NCBI GenBank assembly: GCA_963756705.1
Contig: CAVWOS010000009.1
Span: 18,120 to 82,119 of the forward strand
Origin: an uncultured Actinomycetota bacterium
Lineage (GTDB): Bacteria; Actinomycetota; Actinomycetes; Streptomycetales; Streptomycetaceae
DNA: 64,000 bases
Direction: 5' to 3'
A model generated the notes under the pieces. The model worked only from the letters and a program-made list of their open reading frames with translations, made no database searches and was not told where the DNA came from. Position 1 is the first letter of the stretch, and every line of letters starts with the position of its first letter. This document shows, piece by piece, positions 48,270 through 58,878 of this stretch. The position numbers and the translations under genes were made by a program.

Positions 48270-50153
48270 TGGACGGCCTCCGGTCGGGCGTCGGGCAGGG
48301 ATGCGGGGCCGCGTTCGGGGCGGTCCCCGGTGAACACCTCGCGGACCGCGGGGAGATCAAACACCTCGCGGGGCGGGCCGGAGGCGAGGACGGTGCCAGC
48401 GGCCAGGAGCGGTGACGGTGCCGGCGACGTCCCGGACCCAGCCGACGTGGTGGGAGACCACGACGATGGTGCGGTGGGCACGCAGGGCCGCTATCAGCGC
48501 GGACACCGCGGCCATCTCGGGCGCACTCAGGCCCGCGGTCGGCTCGTCCATCACCAGCAGGGGCGCGCCGGTGGCCACGGCGCGGGCGATGTCGGTCATC
48601 TTGGCCTCGGCCAGGGACAGGTCGCGTGCCGGGATGTGGTGCCGGCCGGGCGGGATGCCGACCAGGCCCAGCGCGTCGGCGGCGGCACGGCGGGCGGCAC
48701 GCTCGCCGGCGCGGCGGGGGCGGACGAGGTCGGGGAGCAGCCGGGCCGTCCGGCCGGATGCCCCACCCCGTGGGACGCCCAGCGAGACGTTGTCCAGCAC
48801 GCTCAAGTCCCCGGCCAGCGCCACGTTTTGGAAGGTTCGGGCCACTCCCGCGCGGGCGGCCGGTGTGCCGGGTGTGACCGGCCGGCCCAGGACCTCCACG
48901 CACCCCGCCTGAGCGGCCGCCAGGCCGCTGATGACGTTCAGCAGGGTGGTCTTGCCGGCCCCGTTGGGTCCGACCAGGGCGTGCACGGTGCCGGAGGTGA
49001 CGGTCAGGGCGACCCTGTCCAGGGCGTGCACACCGCCGTAGCTGACGGTCAGCCCGTCGACCGCCAGGACGGTATGGCCGGCAGTAGCGCCGGGGGCGGT
49101 GCCGGCCGGTGCGGGGATCACAACCGGGTCCTGGCCCGGCCCCTGGCGCGGGTCCTGGGTTCGCCCGGCCCTGGCGGCACGGCGCGGGCGGTGGGTGTGC
49201 AGCGTCCGTAGCAGGGGGTCCAGCAGCAGCCCGAACAACCCGCGGGGAAACAGGACCAGCATCGTGAGCAGCAGCGCGGCGACAATGATGTCCTGGTAAG
49301 ACTGCGCGCCCTGCAGATAGTTGGGAGTAACGGTGATCAGCAGCGCGCCCAGAATCGGTCCGGCGATGCTGCCCAGTCCGCCGACGGCCGCCATCGCGAA
49401 AAGGACGATGGACTGCTGGACAGCGAAAGATTCTGGGGCGATGTAGCCGGCGCCGATGGCGATGAGGACACCGGAGGCGCCGGACAGCGCGGCGGAGAAG
49501 GTGAACGCGGCCAGTTTGGTGCGCTGCGGCCTGGCCCCGAGGGCCTGCGCGGCGGTCTCGCTGCGCCGGACCAGGCGCAGGGCGTGCCCGGACCGGGAGG
49601 CGCTGTAGTTGCAGGAGATGATGACCGCCACGAGCAGGACTGCCGTGCACAGGTAGTAGTAGCCGCGGCCCTGGCCCAGGTCGGTGGAGCCCAGGCGGGG
49701 CGCGATGACCTGCAGCCCGGAGGCGGCGTGGGTCCAGGAGGCGAGCGTGGTGCCGGACAGCGCCGCGGTGACCGCGACGGCCAGGAAGAACGTGCCGAGG
49801 ATGGCGCCGAATTCGCGCAGACGCAGCAGTGCCAGGCCGGTGACCGCGCCGAGGACGGCGGCCGCGGCGACGGCGCCGAGAGCGGCCACGGCGGGGGCCA
49901 GGCCGGCCCGCCCCGACAGGATGGCGTAGGTGTAGGCGCCCACGCCGACGAATCCGGCGTGGCCGAAGGACGGCTGACCGAGGACGCCACTGAAAATGTC
50001 CAGACCGACGGCGGCAACGGCCCAGGCCATCGCGGTCGCGACCAGGTACTGGGCGGTCGGGGTCAGGGGCAGCAGCCCGATGACGGCCAGGACGGCGACC
50101 AACGTCAGCGCGGCCGGCCGGGTACCGGTGCGGGCCAGGGGTGTCAGCATCAT
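48266..50153 (-). CDS. LivM-LivG fused ABC permease/ATPase
   Basis: GQPSFGHAGFVGVGAY permease motif plus GPNGAGKTT and DEPTAGL. Confidence 0.88.
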
Positions 50154-50166
50154 GATGGGCCTCCGG

Positions 50167-51036
50167 TCACAGCCGCTCGGATACGGCCTCGCCCCACAGG
50201 CCGTGGGGGCGGACCAGCAGGGTGGAAAGGAAAAGGCCGAAGACGGCCAGGAGGGCGAGGTCGGCGCTGCCGCTGGCGTAGTAGACAAGGCCCTGGACCA
50301 GGCCGACCGCGACCCCGCCGGCGAACGCCCCGCTGAGGCTGGTCAGTCCGCCGATGACGACGGCGGCGAACACGAACAGCAGCTGGTCGTCCATCATCTG
50401 GGCCGACAGCAGGTGGGACGGTGCGGTCAGGATGCCCACGCCCGCGGCCAACGCCGTGGTCACCGCCCACGACATGACCTCCAGGCGGCGCACCCGCGCG
50501 CCCAGAAGCCGGGCCGTGGCCCGGTCCGAGGCCACCGCGCGCAGCAGCAGCCCGGTGCGCGAGAACCGGAACCACGCTGCGAATACGGCGGCGAGGAGCG
50601 CGGCGACGGCCAGGATGCCCAGCCCCGCCACCGGCACGTGCAGCGGCCCGAGGGCTGCCTGCCGCGCCGGGAACACCTGGGGGGCGGTGAACGGCTGGCC
50701 CTGGCCCAAGCCTTTGTCGATCGCGGCGCCGGCCAGCAGGTACAGCCCCAGGGTCCGGACCGTCAGATTCAGCGGCCCCGCGGTGTCGTGAGGGCGCATC
50801 ACCACCAGGTAGACCACCGCGCCCACCGCGCTGAGCAGGACCAGCGCCGCCACGATGGCCACCGCAAGGCCCACGCCGTGGCGGGTCAGCTCATAGACGG
50901 CGACGGCCCCCAGCGTGGCCAGGCTCCCCGCCGCGAAATTCGCGATACCGGTCATTTTGTACAGCAGCACGATCGCGAATCCGAGCAGCCCGTACAGCAG
51001 GCCGCTGATGGCCCCGGTGATGATCGCGTCACTCAT
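50167..51036 (-). CDS. livH: LivH-like branched-chain amino acid ABC permease
   Basis: GLLYGLLGFAIVLLYKMTGIANFA, TGLLLRAVA..ARLLG, IGGLTSL. Confidence 0.88.
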   Translation of the reverse strand: MSDAIITGAISGLLYGLLGFAIVLLYKMTGIANFAAGSLATLGAVAVYELTRHGVGLAVAIVAALVLLSAVGAVVYLVVMRPHDTAGPLNLTVRTLGLYLLAGAAIDKGLGQGQPFTAPQVFPARQAALGPLHVPVAGLGILAVAALLAAVFAAWFRFSRTGLLLRAVASDRATARLLGARVRRLEVMSWAVTTALAAGVGILTAPSHLLSAQMMDDQLLFVFAAVVIGGLTSLSGAFAGGVAVGLVQGLVYYASGSADLALLAVFGLFLSTLLVRPHGLWGEAVSERL

Positions 51037-52266
51037 CGCACGCCTCCCTTCGGGTCAGGGTCCGGAGGGGACCGGCAGGGTCCCGGCCGTGGTGAAGCGG
51101 CCGTCGGCCAGGCGCAGCAGGTACATGTGGTCCAGGCCCATGTGATTGCCGGCGCTGAAGCTGAGCGGGGGAGTGACGTCCGATACCGGTCCGTGCAGGG
51201 ATTCCAGGGCGTGCTGGAGCGCGGCGGGCGTGGGGTGGTCACCGGCCCGGGTCAGCGCCGCGACGAAGACTTGCGCGGCGGCGCATCCGTACAACGCGGT
51301 CGCGTCCGGAGTCGTATGCGGCTGGTACTTGTGCAGGGCCGCCAGGCAGCGCTTGGCGCGGGGGTCGCTGACCGCGACGGTGGGTGAGGCGACCTGCAGA
51401 AGTCGGGCGGCCTGCGGGGTGAGCGCGCCCGCGAAAGCCTGGCTGCCCAGCACCGACACGCCGAGGATGCCCTTGGTGGGCAGGTGCCCGGCGCCTGCCA
51501 TCGTGTTGAGCATGCGGGCCGCGTCGGGCGCCAGCACGGTCAGCATCAGGTAGGGCGCGTGCGCCGAACTCGCCTTGACCGCGGCCTCCTGGACGGGTGC
51601 GCTGGCGGCCGGCAGCAGCTCCGTCCCGGCCAGGGACCCGTGCGCCGCGATTGGCCGCGGCCAGAGCCGCCGCCTGGTCGTCCTGATAGCCGGGTATCTC
51701 CGTGGTCACCGCGTACACCGGGCCCGGGCCGCCCCGGGCCAGCGCGCTGGGGATCAGCGCCCGCGCCTGGTCACTGTAGAGGGGCAGCAGGGAGAAGATG
51801 TTCGACTGGCGGGTCAGCCCAGGGAGTGCCGCGTACGGGAAGAGATACGGCAGGCTGGTCCCCTGCACCATGCTGGCGATGGTGGCCGCGGTCACCGTGC
51901 CGCACCCTCCGACCAGCGCGGCCACGCCCCGCGACGCAGGGTCCGTACATTGGCCGCGGCCCGCGGCGCTTGATAGCCGTCGTCCAGCACCACGTCGTGG
52001 ATCGTGCGGCCGTGTACCCCGCCGGTAGCGTTGACCTGGGAAAACCATGCTTGGGCGCCGGCCGAGGTCGGCGCGCACACCGATGCGACCGGTCCGGTCA
52101 GCGCCGTGGAGGTGCCCACGGTGATCGTCGTGGAGGTGACTCCCGCACCCCCCGACCCCGCTCTGCCCGCACCCGTGCTGTTCCCCGCCGAGCACGCGGC
52201 GGCCAGCGCCACCGCCGACACCACGGCCAGGGCGGCCGGTATCCGCCGCCGTACGATCCGGATCAC
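51033..52266 (-). CDS. LIV-type ABC substrate-binding lipoprotein (frameshifted)
   Basis: lipobox LAAAC, ALTGP, VNATGGVHGR..DDGY. Confidence 0.8.
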
Positions 52267-52770
52267 TGTTCTGCCCCCTGTCGGGCCTCGACGGCCGCCA
52301 TCGCCGCCGCCTCCTGGCCCCAGTACGGGCCCTTGTCGACCCAGTGGCTCGGCACCAGGTCGGCAGCCTGCTCGTCGTCGTCGAGCAGGCGCGGGGCCGT
52401 CACGCCGTCCAGGAGCAGGCCGGGCGCGTGGGCCTCGATCAGCTCGCACGGCATCTTGCTCGCCGTGATTCCACGCCCAGTGCACCGCCCACGGCGGGAT
52501 GCGCAGGAAATCGCCCGGCTCAAGATGGAACGCCTCCACCGCCGGCTGCCCGCCGCTGACCGGCGACCTCGACGAACACCCACAAGGGCCGGCGGTCAGG
52601 TAGTTGAGCTGCTCGCAGCGGTGCGTGTGCGGCTCACTGTGGTAGCCCGCCGAGCGGGTCGCGACGGTCAGGCTCGACTCCTGCCCCACCACCTGCGCGG
52701 TCCGCAGCTCCCCGCCTCCCCGCATCGTGACGACCTGCCCTGGATTGTCTTCTGCTCCGACGTACAACAC
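52263..52770 (-). CDS. cupin-domain protein (frameshifted)
   Basis: PHTHRCEQLNY..LEPGDFLRIPPWAVHW. Confidence 0.75.
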
Positions 52771-52884
52771 GGCGGCTCCCTCAGATGTGATGTGTAGTGA
52801 TGAGGCGGTATGTGACGATGTGTTGGGTGTGGGTGTCCCGAACTGCGGCCGGGAAAGGGGGGTGACCGCCGCGGTGCGGCGGCC

Positions 52885-53892
52885 TTACACCGCCCGCGGT
52901 GCGATGCGGACGACGTACTTGCCTGAGCCGCGGCCGTCGGCCAGGCGGTCGTGGACCTCCGGCACGTCCTCCAGATCGGCGAGCCGCGTAAGGGGGATGT
53001 CCAGCCGGCCGGCCGCTATCAGATCCAGCACCCGGCGCAGGGCCGAGGCGACTACGCCCGGGGCCTGGACGGACAGGCCCCGATGGCTGAATCCGCTGAT
53101 GGTCAGGGTCCGGCCGATCAGCTCGCCCACCCCGGGCAGAGGTGTCTGCGGGCCGGCCGGCCCGGGAGCGTTTCCGAACAGGACCAGGCGCCCCGGGGCA
53201 GACAGCATCGCGGTGTCGGCCTCGACCATGCTGGTGCCCAGCGGGTCGAGCACCGCATCCACGCCCCGCCCCCCGGTGGCCGTCAGCACCGCATCCACCA
53301 GGCCGGAGCCGCGGGGGATGATCACGTCGTAGCCGGCCTTCATGGTCGCGGCGGCCCTGGTCTCGTCGGGCCGGCCGGTGGTCCCGATCAGCAGCCCGCC
53401 CCCCAGGACACCCACCAGCCGGGCCACCGCCGTGCCCACCCCGCCCGCGGCGGAGTGGACGAGGAGCCGGTCGCCCGGCCTGAAATCGGCGAGGTCCAGC
53501 AGCAGCAGCGCCGTGGTCATCCCCAGCGGCGCCGCCGCAGCCATCCCGGCCGGTACTCCCCGGGGCACCGGCACCACGAGCCCGGCGTTGGCGACCGCGA
53601 CCTCCGCAAGCCCGCCGCCGGGCGTCACAGCCGCCACCCGCTGACCGCAGGTCAGCTCCCCGACGCCCGCCCCGATCTCACGGACCGTGCCCTCCACCTC
53701 GGCACCGGCCACCCACGGCCAGCCGGTGGCGTAGCCCTGGTCACCGCGGCGCCCCATGACATCAATAAAGTTCACCCCGGCGTACGCGACGTCGATGGTG
53801 ACCTCGCCCGGTCCCGGGGACGGGCTGTCCATCCCACGGACAGCCGACCGTTCAGACCCGCCCGGGGCCTCCATCACCAGAGCCCGCATCAC
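52885..53892 (-). CDS. zinc-type alcohol dehydrogenase family NADPH:quinone oxidoreductase
   Basis: AGVNFID, HSAAGGVG, GRGVDAVLD, GKYVV. Confidence 0.9.
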   Translation of the reverse strand: MMRALVMEAPGGSERSAVRGMDSPSPGPGEVTIDVAYAGVNFIDVMGRRGDQGYATGWPWVAGAEVEGTVREIGAGVGELTCGQRVAAVTPGGGLAEVAVANAGLVVPVPRGVPAGMAAAAPLGMTTALLLLDLADFRPGDRLLVHSAAGGVGTAVARLVGVLGGGLLIGTTGRPDETRAAATMKAGYDVIIPRGSGLVDAVLTATGGRGVDAVLDPLGTSMVEADTAMLSAPGRLVLFGNAPGPAGPQTPLPGVGELIGRTLTISGFSHRGLSVQAPGVVASALRRVLDLIAAGRLDIPLTRLADLEDVPEVHDRLADGRGSGKYVVRIAPRAV

Positions 53893-54259
53893 CGGTCACC
53901 CCGGAAGTCCCGATCGGAGAATGGGCGGCCTTGTCCCAGGCGTCGCGGATCGCCTGCTCGATCGCTTTCGCGCCCTTGCCGCCGATGTACTGCTTGTCGA
54001 TGAGGCTGATGAGCGGTGTCAGGTCCCCGCAGATATTGGCACCCGTGAGCAGCTCGGAGATCCACTTCCTGACCAGATCCGTCTGTGCATTGGAGCCCAC
54101 GCTGAGAATCTCGCCTGTGTCCGGATCGACCTTCAGGGTGATATTGAGCATCACACCGGCAGCGCCCGTCGCGGAGTACCCGCTGGCCTGCGCGTAGCCA
54201 ATGACCAGCCACCCGGGATTCCGACCGAGATTGAAATTCGCCGGATTGCGATTCGTCAT
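53852..54259 (-). CDS. DUF3870-like protein
   Basis: GYAQ..LKVDPDTGEIL..KAIEQAIRDAWDK pattern. Confidence 0.65.
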   Translation of the reverse strand: MTNRNPANFNLGRNPGWLVIGYAQASGYSATGAAGVMLNITLKVDPDTGEILSVGSNAQTDLVRKWISELLTGANICGDLTPLISLIDKQYIGGKGAKAIEQAIRDAWDKAAHSPIGTSGVTGDAGSGDGGPGRV

Positions 54260-54395
54260 GCTGGCAGGATGCCACGCGGATGACGCATACGGGAGCACAT
54301 AGACGCGCCCCGCGGCGCCACCGGTAATCAGGGAAAGAGAGAAGAGTAGCCACGATGCCACCTGGGCGCACAAGGCGCGGTCACGGCGGCGCACC

Positions 54396-54902
54396 TGCGT
54401 CACCGGACAGGAGCACGTGATCTGGTGTGAGCAAGGTGCGGGAATCTGCCCCGGCCCTGCTGCACGACCACCGTGGCCTGCCGATGCCGGTGACCGTACC
54501 GCCGCCGGGACGCCCGCGCAATACACCCCGCCCGGAAAACACACCGCGCCCCGCCGGGAACCCGGAGGACAGCCTCCGGCACCACACCACACCACACCGC
54601 ACACGGCGCGGGCTCCGCCCAACTCGGCAGCCCGGGGGGAGGAAATCCATATTGGACGCTTCCGGAAGCGGCCTTCCGCAAAAGTCTTTGACAGCAAGCA
54701 GCCTCGTCGGTAGCCCGTGTCACAGTGCGGAAGTGCGATGGCGGTGAATCCATCTTTCCGGCTGCGATGTATTGCAGGGGCGTCCCGGCGGGGGGTACGG
54801 TCACCGGCATCGGCAGGCCACGGTGGTCGTGCAGCAGGGCCGGGCGTCATTGCCCGCCACCTTGCTCACACCAGACCACGTGATCACCTGTCCGGTTGCG
54901 CA
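54396..54902. repeat. about 130-bp inverted repeat arms (54396-54524 / 54769-54902) with a 50-bp identical core; third partial copy at 55108-55173
   Basis: core 54451-54500 is the exact reverse complement of 54794-54843. Confidence 0.9.
54688..54716 (+). promoter_or_regulatory. sigma70-type promoter candidate inside the IR spacer
   Basis: TTGACA-17 nt-TAGCCC; palindrome CGCTTCCGGAAGCG just upstream. Confidence 0.4.
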
Positions 54903-55220
54903 TTACGCGCCGCCGTAACCCGCGCCCCGGTGCCGTAGGAGATGTGGCCTGCTGCCATTCTCTGAGAGGTACCGGGGCGTGGTCCGTCGGTATGCCCCCG
55001 TGCACCCTCGCGCAGCACATCAGGCGGGTTGAAACCTCGTATTTCAGGGTCATTGCGCCAGCAGTGCGGGCGGAGTAGCGTAATACCTGAATCAGGACAT
55101 AGTGACCGTGCAGCAGGGCCGGGCGGTTCCCGCACCTTGTGCACACCAGATCACGTGCTGCCTGCCGGTGACGTAGTGCGCGCCACCGGGACCCGCGCCG
55201 ATGCGCGCCCAGGTGACATC

Positions 55221-55796
55221 GTGACTGTCTTCATTCCCATTCGTACCCGCGTCGGCGGGTTCGGGCTGCGCCGCTCCAGCCGGATAGTCCTGCCCGAGAC
55301 CGACCACCGCCCCGTTGCCACCGCCCGCCGCCACACCCGCACCACCCTGGGCGCCTGGGGGCTGCCCGGCGACGTGGTCGACAGCGCGGAACTCGTGGTC
55401 AGCGAGCTGGTGACCAACGCCCAGCGTTACGCCCCCGGGCCGGTGGCGCTGCGGCTGACCCTGCGCCGCACCGGCCGTGAGGGCCGTGAGCTGACCGTTG
55501 CCTGCCGCGACACCGATCCCCACCCCCCGCCCGCCACCGGCGCCGACGCCGTGGATGGTCCTTCCTGCGCCCAGGCCGAATCCGGGCGCGGCCTGGCCAT
55601 CGTCGAGGCTCTGTGTCACCATCGCGGCTGCGCTGTCGCCCGTGCCCACAAGACGGTCTGGGCCGCCCTCACCGTCCCCGCTGCGCCGGCGAGCCCGCGG
55701 CCCGTCCCGGTGGCCCGCCGTGGACGGGGCAGGGCCCTGCACCTGCCGGCCCGCACCCGCCGACCCGCCCCGGAGCAGCCGGGCTGCGCCGCGTGA
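55221..55796 (+). CDS. HATPase_c ATP-binding protein (RsbW-like anti-sigma/kinase)
   Basis: AELVVSELVTNA, ESGRGLAIV, KTVWA. Confidence 0.88.
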   Translation: MTVFIPIRTRVGGFGLRRSSRIVLPETDHRPVATARRHTRTTLGAWGLPGDVVDSAELVVSELVTNAQRYAPGPVALRLTLRRTGREGRELTVACRDTDPHPPPATGADAVDGPSCAQAESGRGLAIVEALCHHRGCAVARAHKTVWAALTVPAAPASPRPVPVARRGRGRALHLPARTRRPAPEQPGCAA

Positions 55797-55864
55797 CGGC
55801 CGACCCGCCGGCAACAACTCGCCCTGTTCACACGCAACGACGCGTACCGTCCGGGAGCCGCCCC

Positions 55865-57901
55865 ATGACCACCCCGCCCGCGCCCACCGACACGCCCGAG
55901 CCGCTGTGGAGCCCCGGACCCGAGCGGATCGCCGGCGCGCGGCTGACCCGGTTCCACGACTGGGCGGCCGGCGCCCACGGCGCCCCCGCCGCCCGGCCGG
56001 GCGACCCGCAGGGCAGCTACGCCGACCTGCACGCCTGGTCGGTGGACGAGCCGGCGGCGTTCTGGCGGGCGATCACCGAGTGGTTCGACGTCCGCTTCTC
56101 CAGCCCGTACGACACGGTGCTCGCCGACCCGGCGATGCCCGGCGCCCGCTGGTTCCCCGGTGCGACCCTCAACTACGCCGAACACGCGCTGCGCCCCGCC
56201 GAAGACCCCGACCGGGCCGGGCAGCCCGCGCTGCTCCACCTGGACGAGCGGCACGAGACCGGCACCGTGAGCTGGGCGGAGCTCAGCGGCCAGGTCGCCG
56301 CCCTCGCCGCGGAACTGCGCCGCCTCGGCGTCACCCCCGGCGACCGGGTCAGCGGCTACCTGCCCAACGTCGCGCAGGCGGTCGTCGCCCTGCTGGCCAC
56401 CGCGGCGGTCGGCGGCGTGTGGACCTCCTGCGCCCCGGACTTCGGCGCCCGCAGCGTCCTGGACCGCTTCCAGCAGGTCGAGCCGGTCGTGCTGTTCGCC
56501 GTCGACGGCTACCGCTACGGCGGCAAGACCCACGACCGCACCGCCGCCGTCGCCGAACTGCGCGCCGGGCTGCCCACGCTCCGGGCCACCGTGCACATCC
56601 CGCTGCTCGGCACCCCGGCCCCCGAAGGCGCCCTGGAATGGGACCGGTTGACCTCGGGCGAGGCGGAACCGGCCTACGAGCAGGTGCCGTTCGACCACCC
56701 GCTGTGGGTGCTGTACTCCTCGGGCACCACCGGACTGCCCAAGGCCATCGTCCAGTCGCAGGGCGGCATCCTGCTCGAACACCTCAAGCAGACCGGCCTC
56801 CACCTCGACCTCGGCCCCGGCGACCGCTTCTTCTGGTACACCTCCACCGGCTGGATGATGTGGAACTTCCTCGTCTCCGGCCTGCTCTCCGGCGCCACAG
56901 TGGTCCTCTACGACGGCAGCCCCGGCTTTCCTGACGTCTCCGCGCAGTGGCGGGTGGCCGAACAGACCGGCACCACCGTCTTCGGCACCTCGGCCGCGTA
57001 CGTCATCGCCTGCCGCAAGGCCGGCATCCACCCCGGCCGCGACCTGGACCTGTCCGCGGTGGGCTGCGTGGCCACCACCGGCTCACCGCTGCCGCCGGAC
57101 GGCTTCCGCTGGCTGCACGACGAGGTCGCCCGCGACCTGTGGATCGCCTCGGTCAGCGGCGGCACCGACGTGTGCAGTTGCTTCGCGGGCGGCGTGCCGA
57201 CACTGCCGGTCCACGTCGGCGAACTCCAGGCCGCCTGCCTGGGCACGGATCTGCAGGCGTGGGACGCCCAGGGCCGGCCGGTGACCGACGAGGTGGGGGA
57301 GCTGGTGGTCACCAACCCGATGCCCTCCATGCCGATCCGCTTCTGGAACGACCCGGACGGGGCCCGCTACCGGGAGAGCTACTTCGAGATGTTCCCCGGC
57401 GTGTGGCGGCACGGCGACTGGATCACGCTGACCTCGCGCGGCACCGTCGTCATCCACGGCCGCTCCGACTCCACCCTCAACCGCCAGGGCGTGCGCATGG
57501 GTTCGTCCGACATCTACGAGGTCGTCGAACGCCTGCCGGAGATCCGCGAATCCCTCGTCATCGGCATCGAGCAGGCCGACGGCGGCTACTGGATGCCGCT
57601 GTTCGTGCAGCTCGCCGACGGCGCCGTGCTCGACGACCCGCTGGTCGACCGTATCCGCACCGCGATCCGCGCCCAACTCTCCCCGCGCCACGTGCCGGAC
57701 GAGGTCATCCCCGTGCCCGGCGTGCCGCACACGCTCACCGGCAAACGGATCGAGGTGCCGGTCAAGCGGCTGCTCCAGGGCACCCCGCTGGACAAGGCCG
57801 TCAACCCCGGCTCGGTGGACGACCTCGGGGTGCTGCGCTTCTACGAGCGGCTCGCCGCCGAACGCGCCGACGCCGACACGGGCAGGTCAGGCACGGCGTG
57901 A
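55865..57901 (+). CDS. aacS: acetoacetate-CoA ligase
   Basis: YSSGTTGLPKAIV AMP-binding motif, SVSGGTDV, WRHGDW, GRSDSTLNRQGVRMG. Confidence 0.92.
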   Translation: MTTPPAPTDTPEPLWSPGPERIAGARLTRFHDWAAGAHGAPAARPGDPQGSYADLHAWSVDEPAAFWRAITEWFDVRFSSPYDTVLADPAMPGARWFPGATLNYAEHALRPAEDPDRAGQPALLHLDERHETGTVSWAELSGQVAALAAELRRLGVTPGDRVSGYLPNVAQAVVALLATAAVGGVWTSCAPDFGARSVLDRFQQVEPVVLFAVDGYRYGGKTHDRTAAVAELRAGLPTLRATVHIPLLGTPAPEGALEWDRLTSGEAEPAYEQVPFDHPLWVLYSSGTTGLPKAIVQSQGGILLEHLKQTGLHLDLGPGDRFFWYTSTGWMMWNFLVSGLLSGATVVLYDGSPGFPDVSAQWRVAEQTGTTVFGTSAAYVIACRKAGIHPGRDLDLSAVGCVATTGSPLPPDGFRWLHDEVARDLWIASVSGGTDVCSCFAGGVPTLPVHVGELQAACLGTDLQAWDAQGRPVTDEVGELVVTNPMPSMPIRFWNDPDGARYRESYFEMFPGVWRHGDWITLTSRGTVVIHGRSDSTLNRQGVRMGSSDIYEVVERLPEIRESLVIGIEQADGGYWMPLFVQLADGAVLDDPLVDRIRTAIRAQLSPRHVPDEVIPVPGVPHTLTGKRIEVPVKRLLQGTPLDKAVNPGSVDDLGVLRFYERLAAERADADTGRSGTA

Positions 57902-57929
57902 CCGCAGGGCACCCAGCACCCCGGGCGCG

Positions 57930-58283
57930 CTACCCCTGGGGCGCGGTCTCCTCGCGCAGCACGAGGGCCAGCAGGCCGGGGAAGCGCTCCTCCAGTTCCT
58001 CGCGGCGCAGCCGGTTGAATCGCCACACCCCGTCGTCGCGCTGCTCCAGCACACCGGCCTCCCGCAGCACGGCGAAGTGGTAGCTGAGGTCGGCCTTGTA
58101 GACCGGCACGTCGAACGAGCCGCAGGTACGGGACCAGTCGGGGCTGCCGCCGAGCTCGCGCACGATCGCCAGACGCACCGGATCGGCCAGCGCAGCCAGG
58201 ACCCTTTGCAGCGGCACGTCCCGGGGATGGACGTGCGTGGGCAGGGTGCGCCCCCGGTTGGGTCGGGGCGCCTTCGCCATCAT
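57930..58283 (-). CDS. ArsR/SmtB-family regulator (paralog of 45953..46306)
   Basis: HPRDVPLQRVLAALADPVRL..SYHFAVLREAGVL..RFPGLL. Confidence 0.85.
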   Translation of the reverse strand: MMAKAPRPNRGRTLPTHVHPRDVPLQRVLAALADPVRLAIVRELGGSPDWSRTCGSFDVPVYKADLSYHFAVLREAGVLEQRDDGVWRFNRLRREELEERFPGLLALVLREETAPQG

Positions 58284-58353
58284 CCGTCCTCCCGGCTCCC
58301 GTCACGTCACCACGCGAGGTGAGGGACCCATCCCGGCAGGCGGGTGGGCACAT

Positions 58354-58550
58354 GAGTCACATTTCGCCTACATCGAACATAACAGGAAGAGAGTGTGCCT
58401 TCCGATAGCGCGCTGTTCGAGGAGGTGAACGCGCAGCCGCTGCCCTCGCGGAGGCAGCCCGGACATCAGCCCATCGCGTCCCGGCCCTGTCGTCGCGACG
58501 CCAACCCGGCGTAACGAGAAGCCCCCGGATTTATCCGGGGGAGGAGTCAC
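58354..58550 (+). mobile_element. internally deleted IS200/IS605 (tnpB-type) remnant with right-end hairpin
   Basis: GAGAAG-CCCCCGGAT-TT-ATCCGGGGG-AGGAGTCAC is a typical IS605 right end; GAGTCAC also at 58354. Confidence 0.55.
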
Positions 58551-58562
58551 GGGGCAAGCCTT

Positions 58563-58878
58563 TCAGTATGCCGGGTTGCAGGCGGGGGTCTCAGCCGGCG
58601 CGAGTCGTCGCCGTCGCTGTTCGGGTTGATGTATACGCGCGTTCGCCGGCCGGGCCGATACCGGGCGAGGGCCGGCAGGAGTCCTCGTTCGGGGTGCAAT
58701 GGTCGGGATGGCACCCGCCGTGCGCGGCGGCGGCTGGCCGGGGATTGCCGCGACGAGGTCGTCCCATGCGCGACTGGTGACGATCTCCGACAGCGGGGCG
58801 GTGCGGACGTTCCCAGCGGCCATCATGCCGCCGGACATCACGCACCCGGCCACGTCGCCGGACGGCAGGACGGCGGCG
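58563..58878 (-). pseudogene. C-terminal fragment of a radical SAM/SPASM protein with Cys-Pro-rich tail
   Basis: AAVLPSGDVAGCVM..GNVRTAPLSEIV..; tail ..PAETPACNPAY; the N-terminal rSAM core is missing. Confidence 0.65.
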
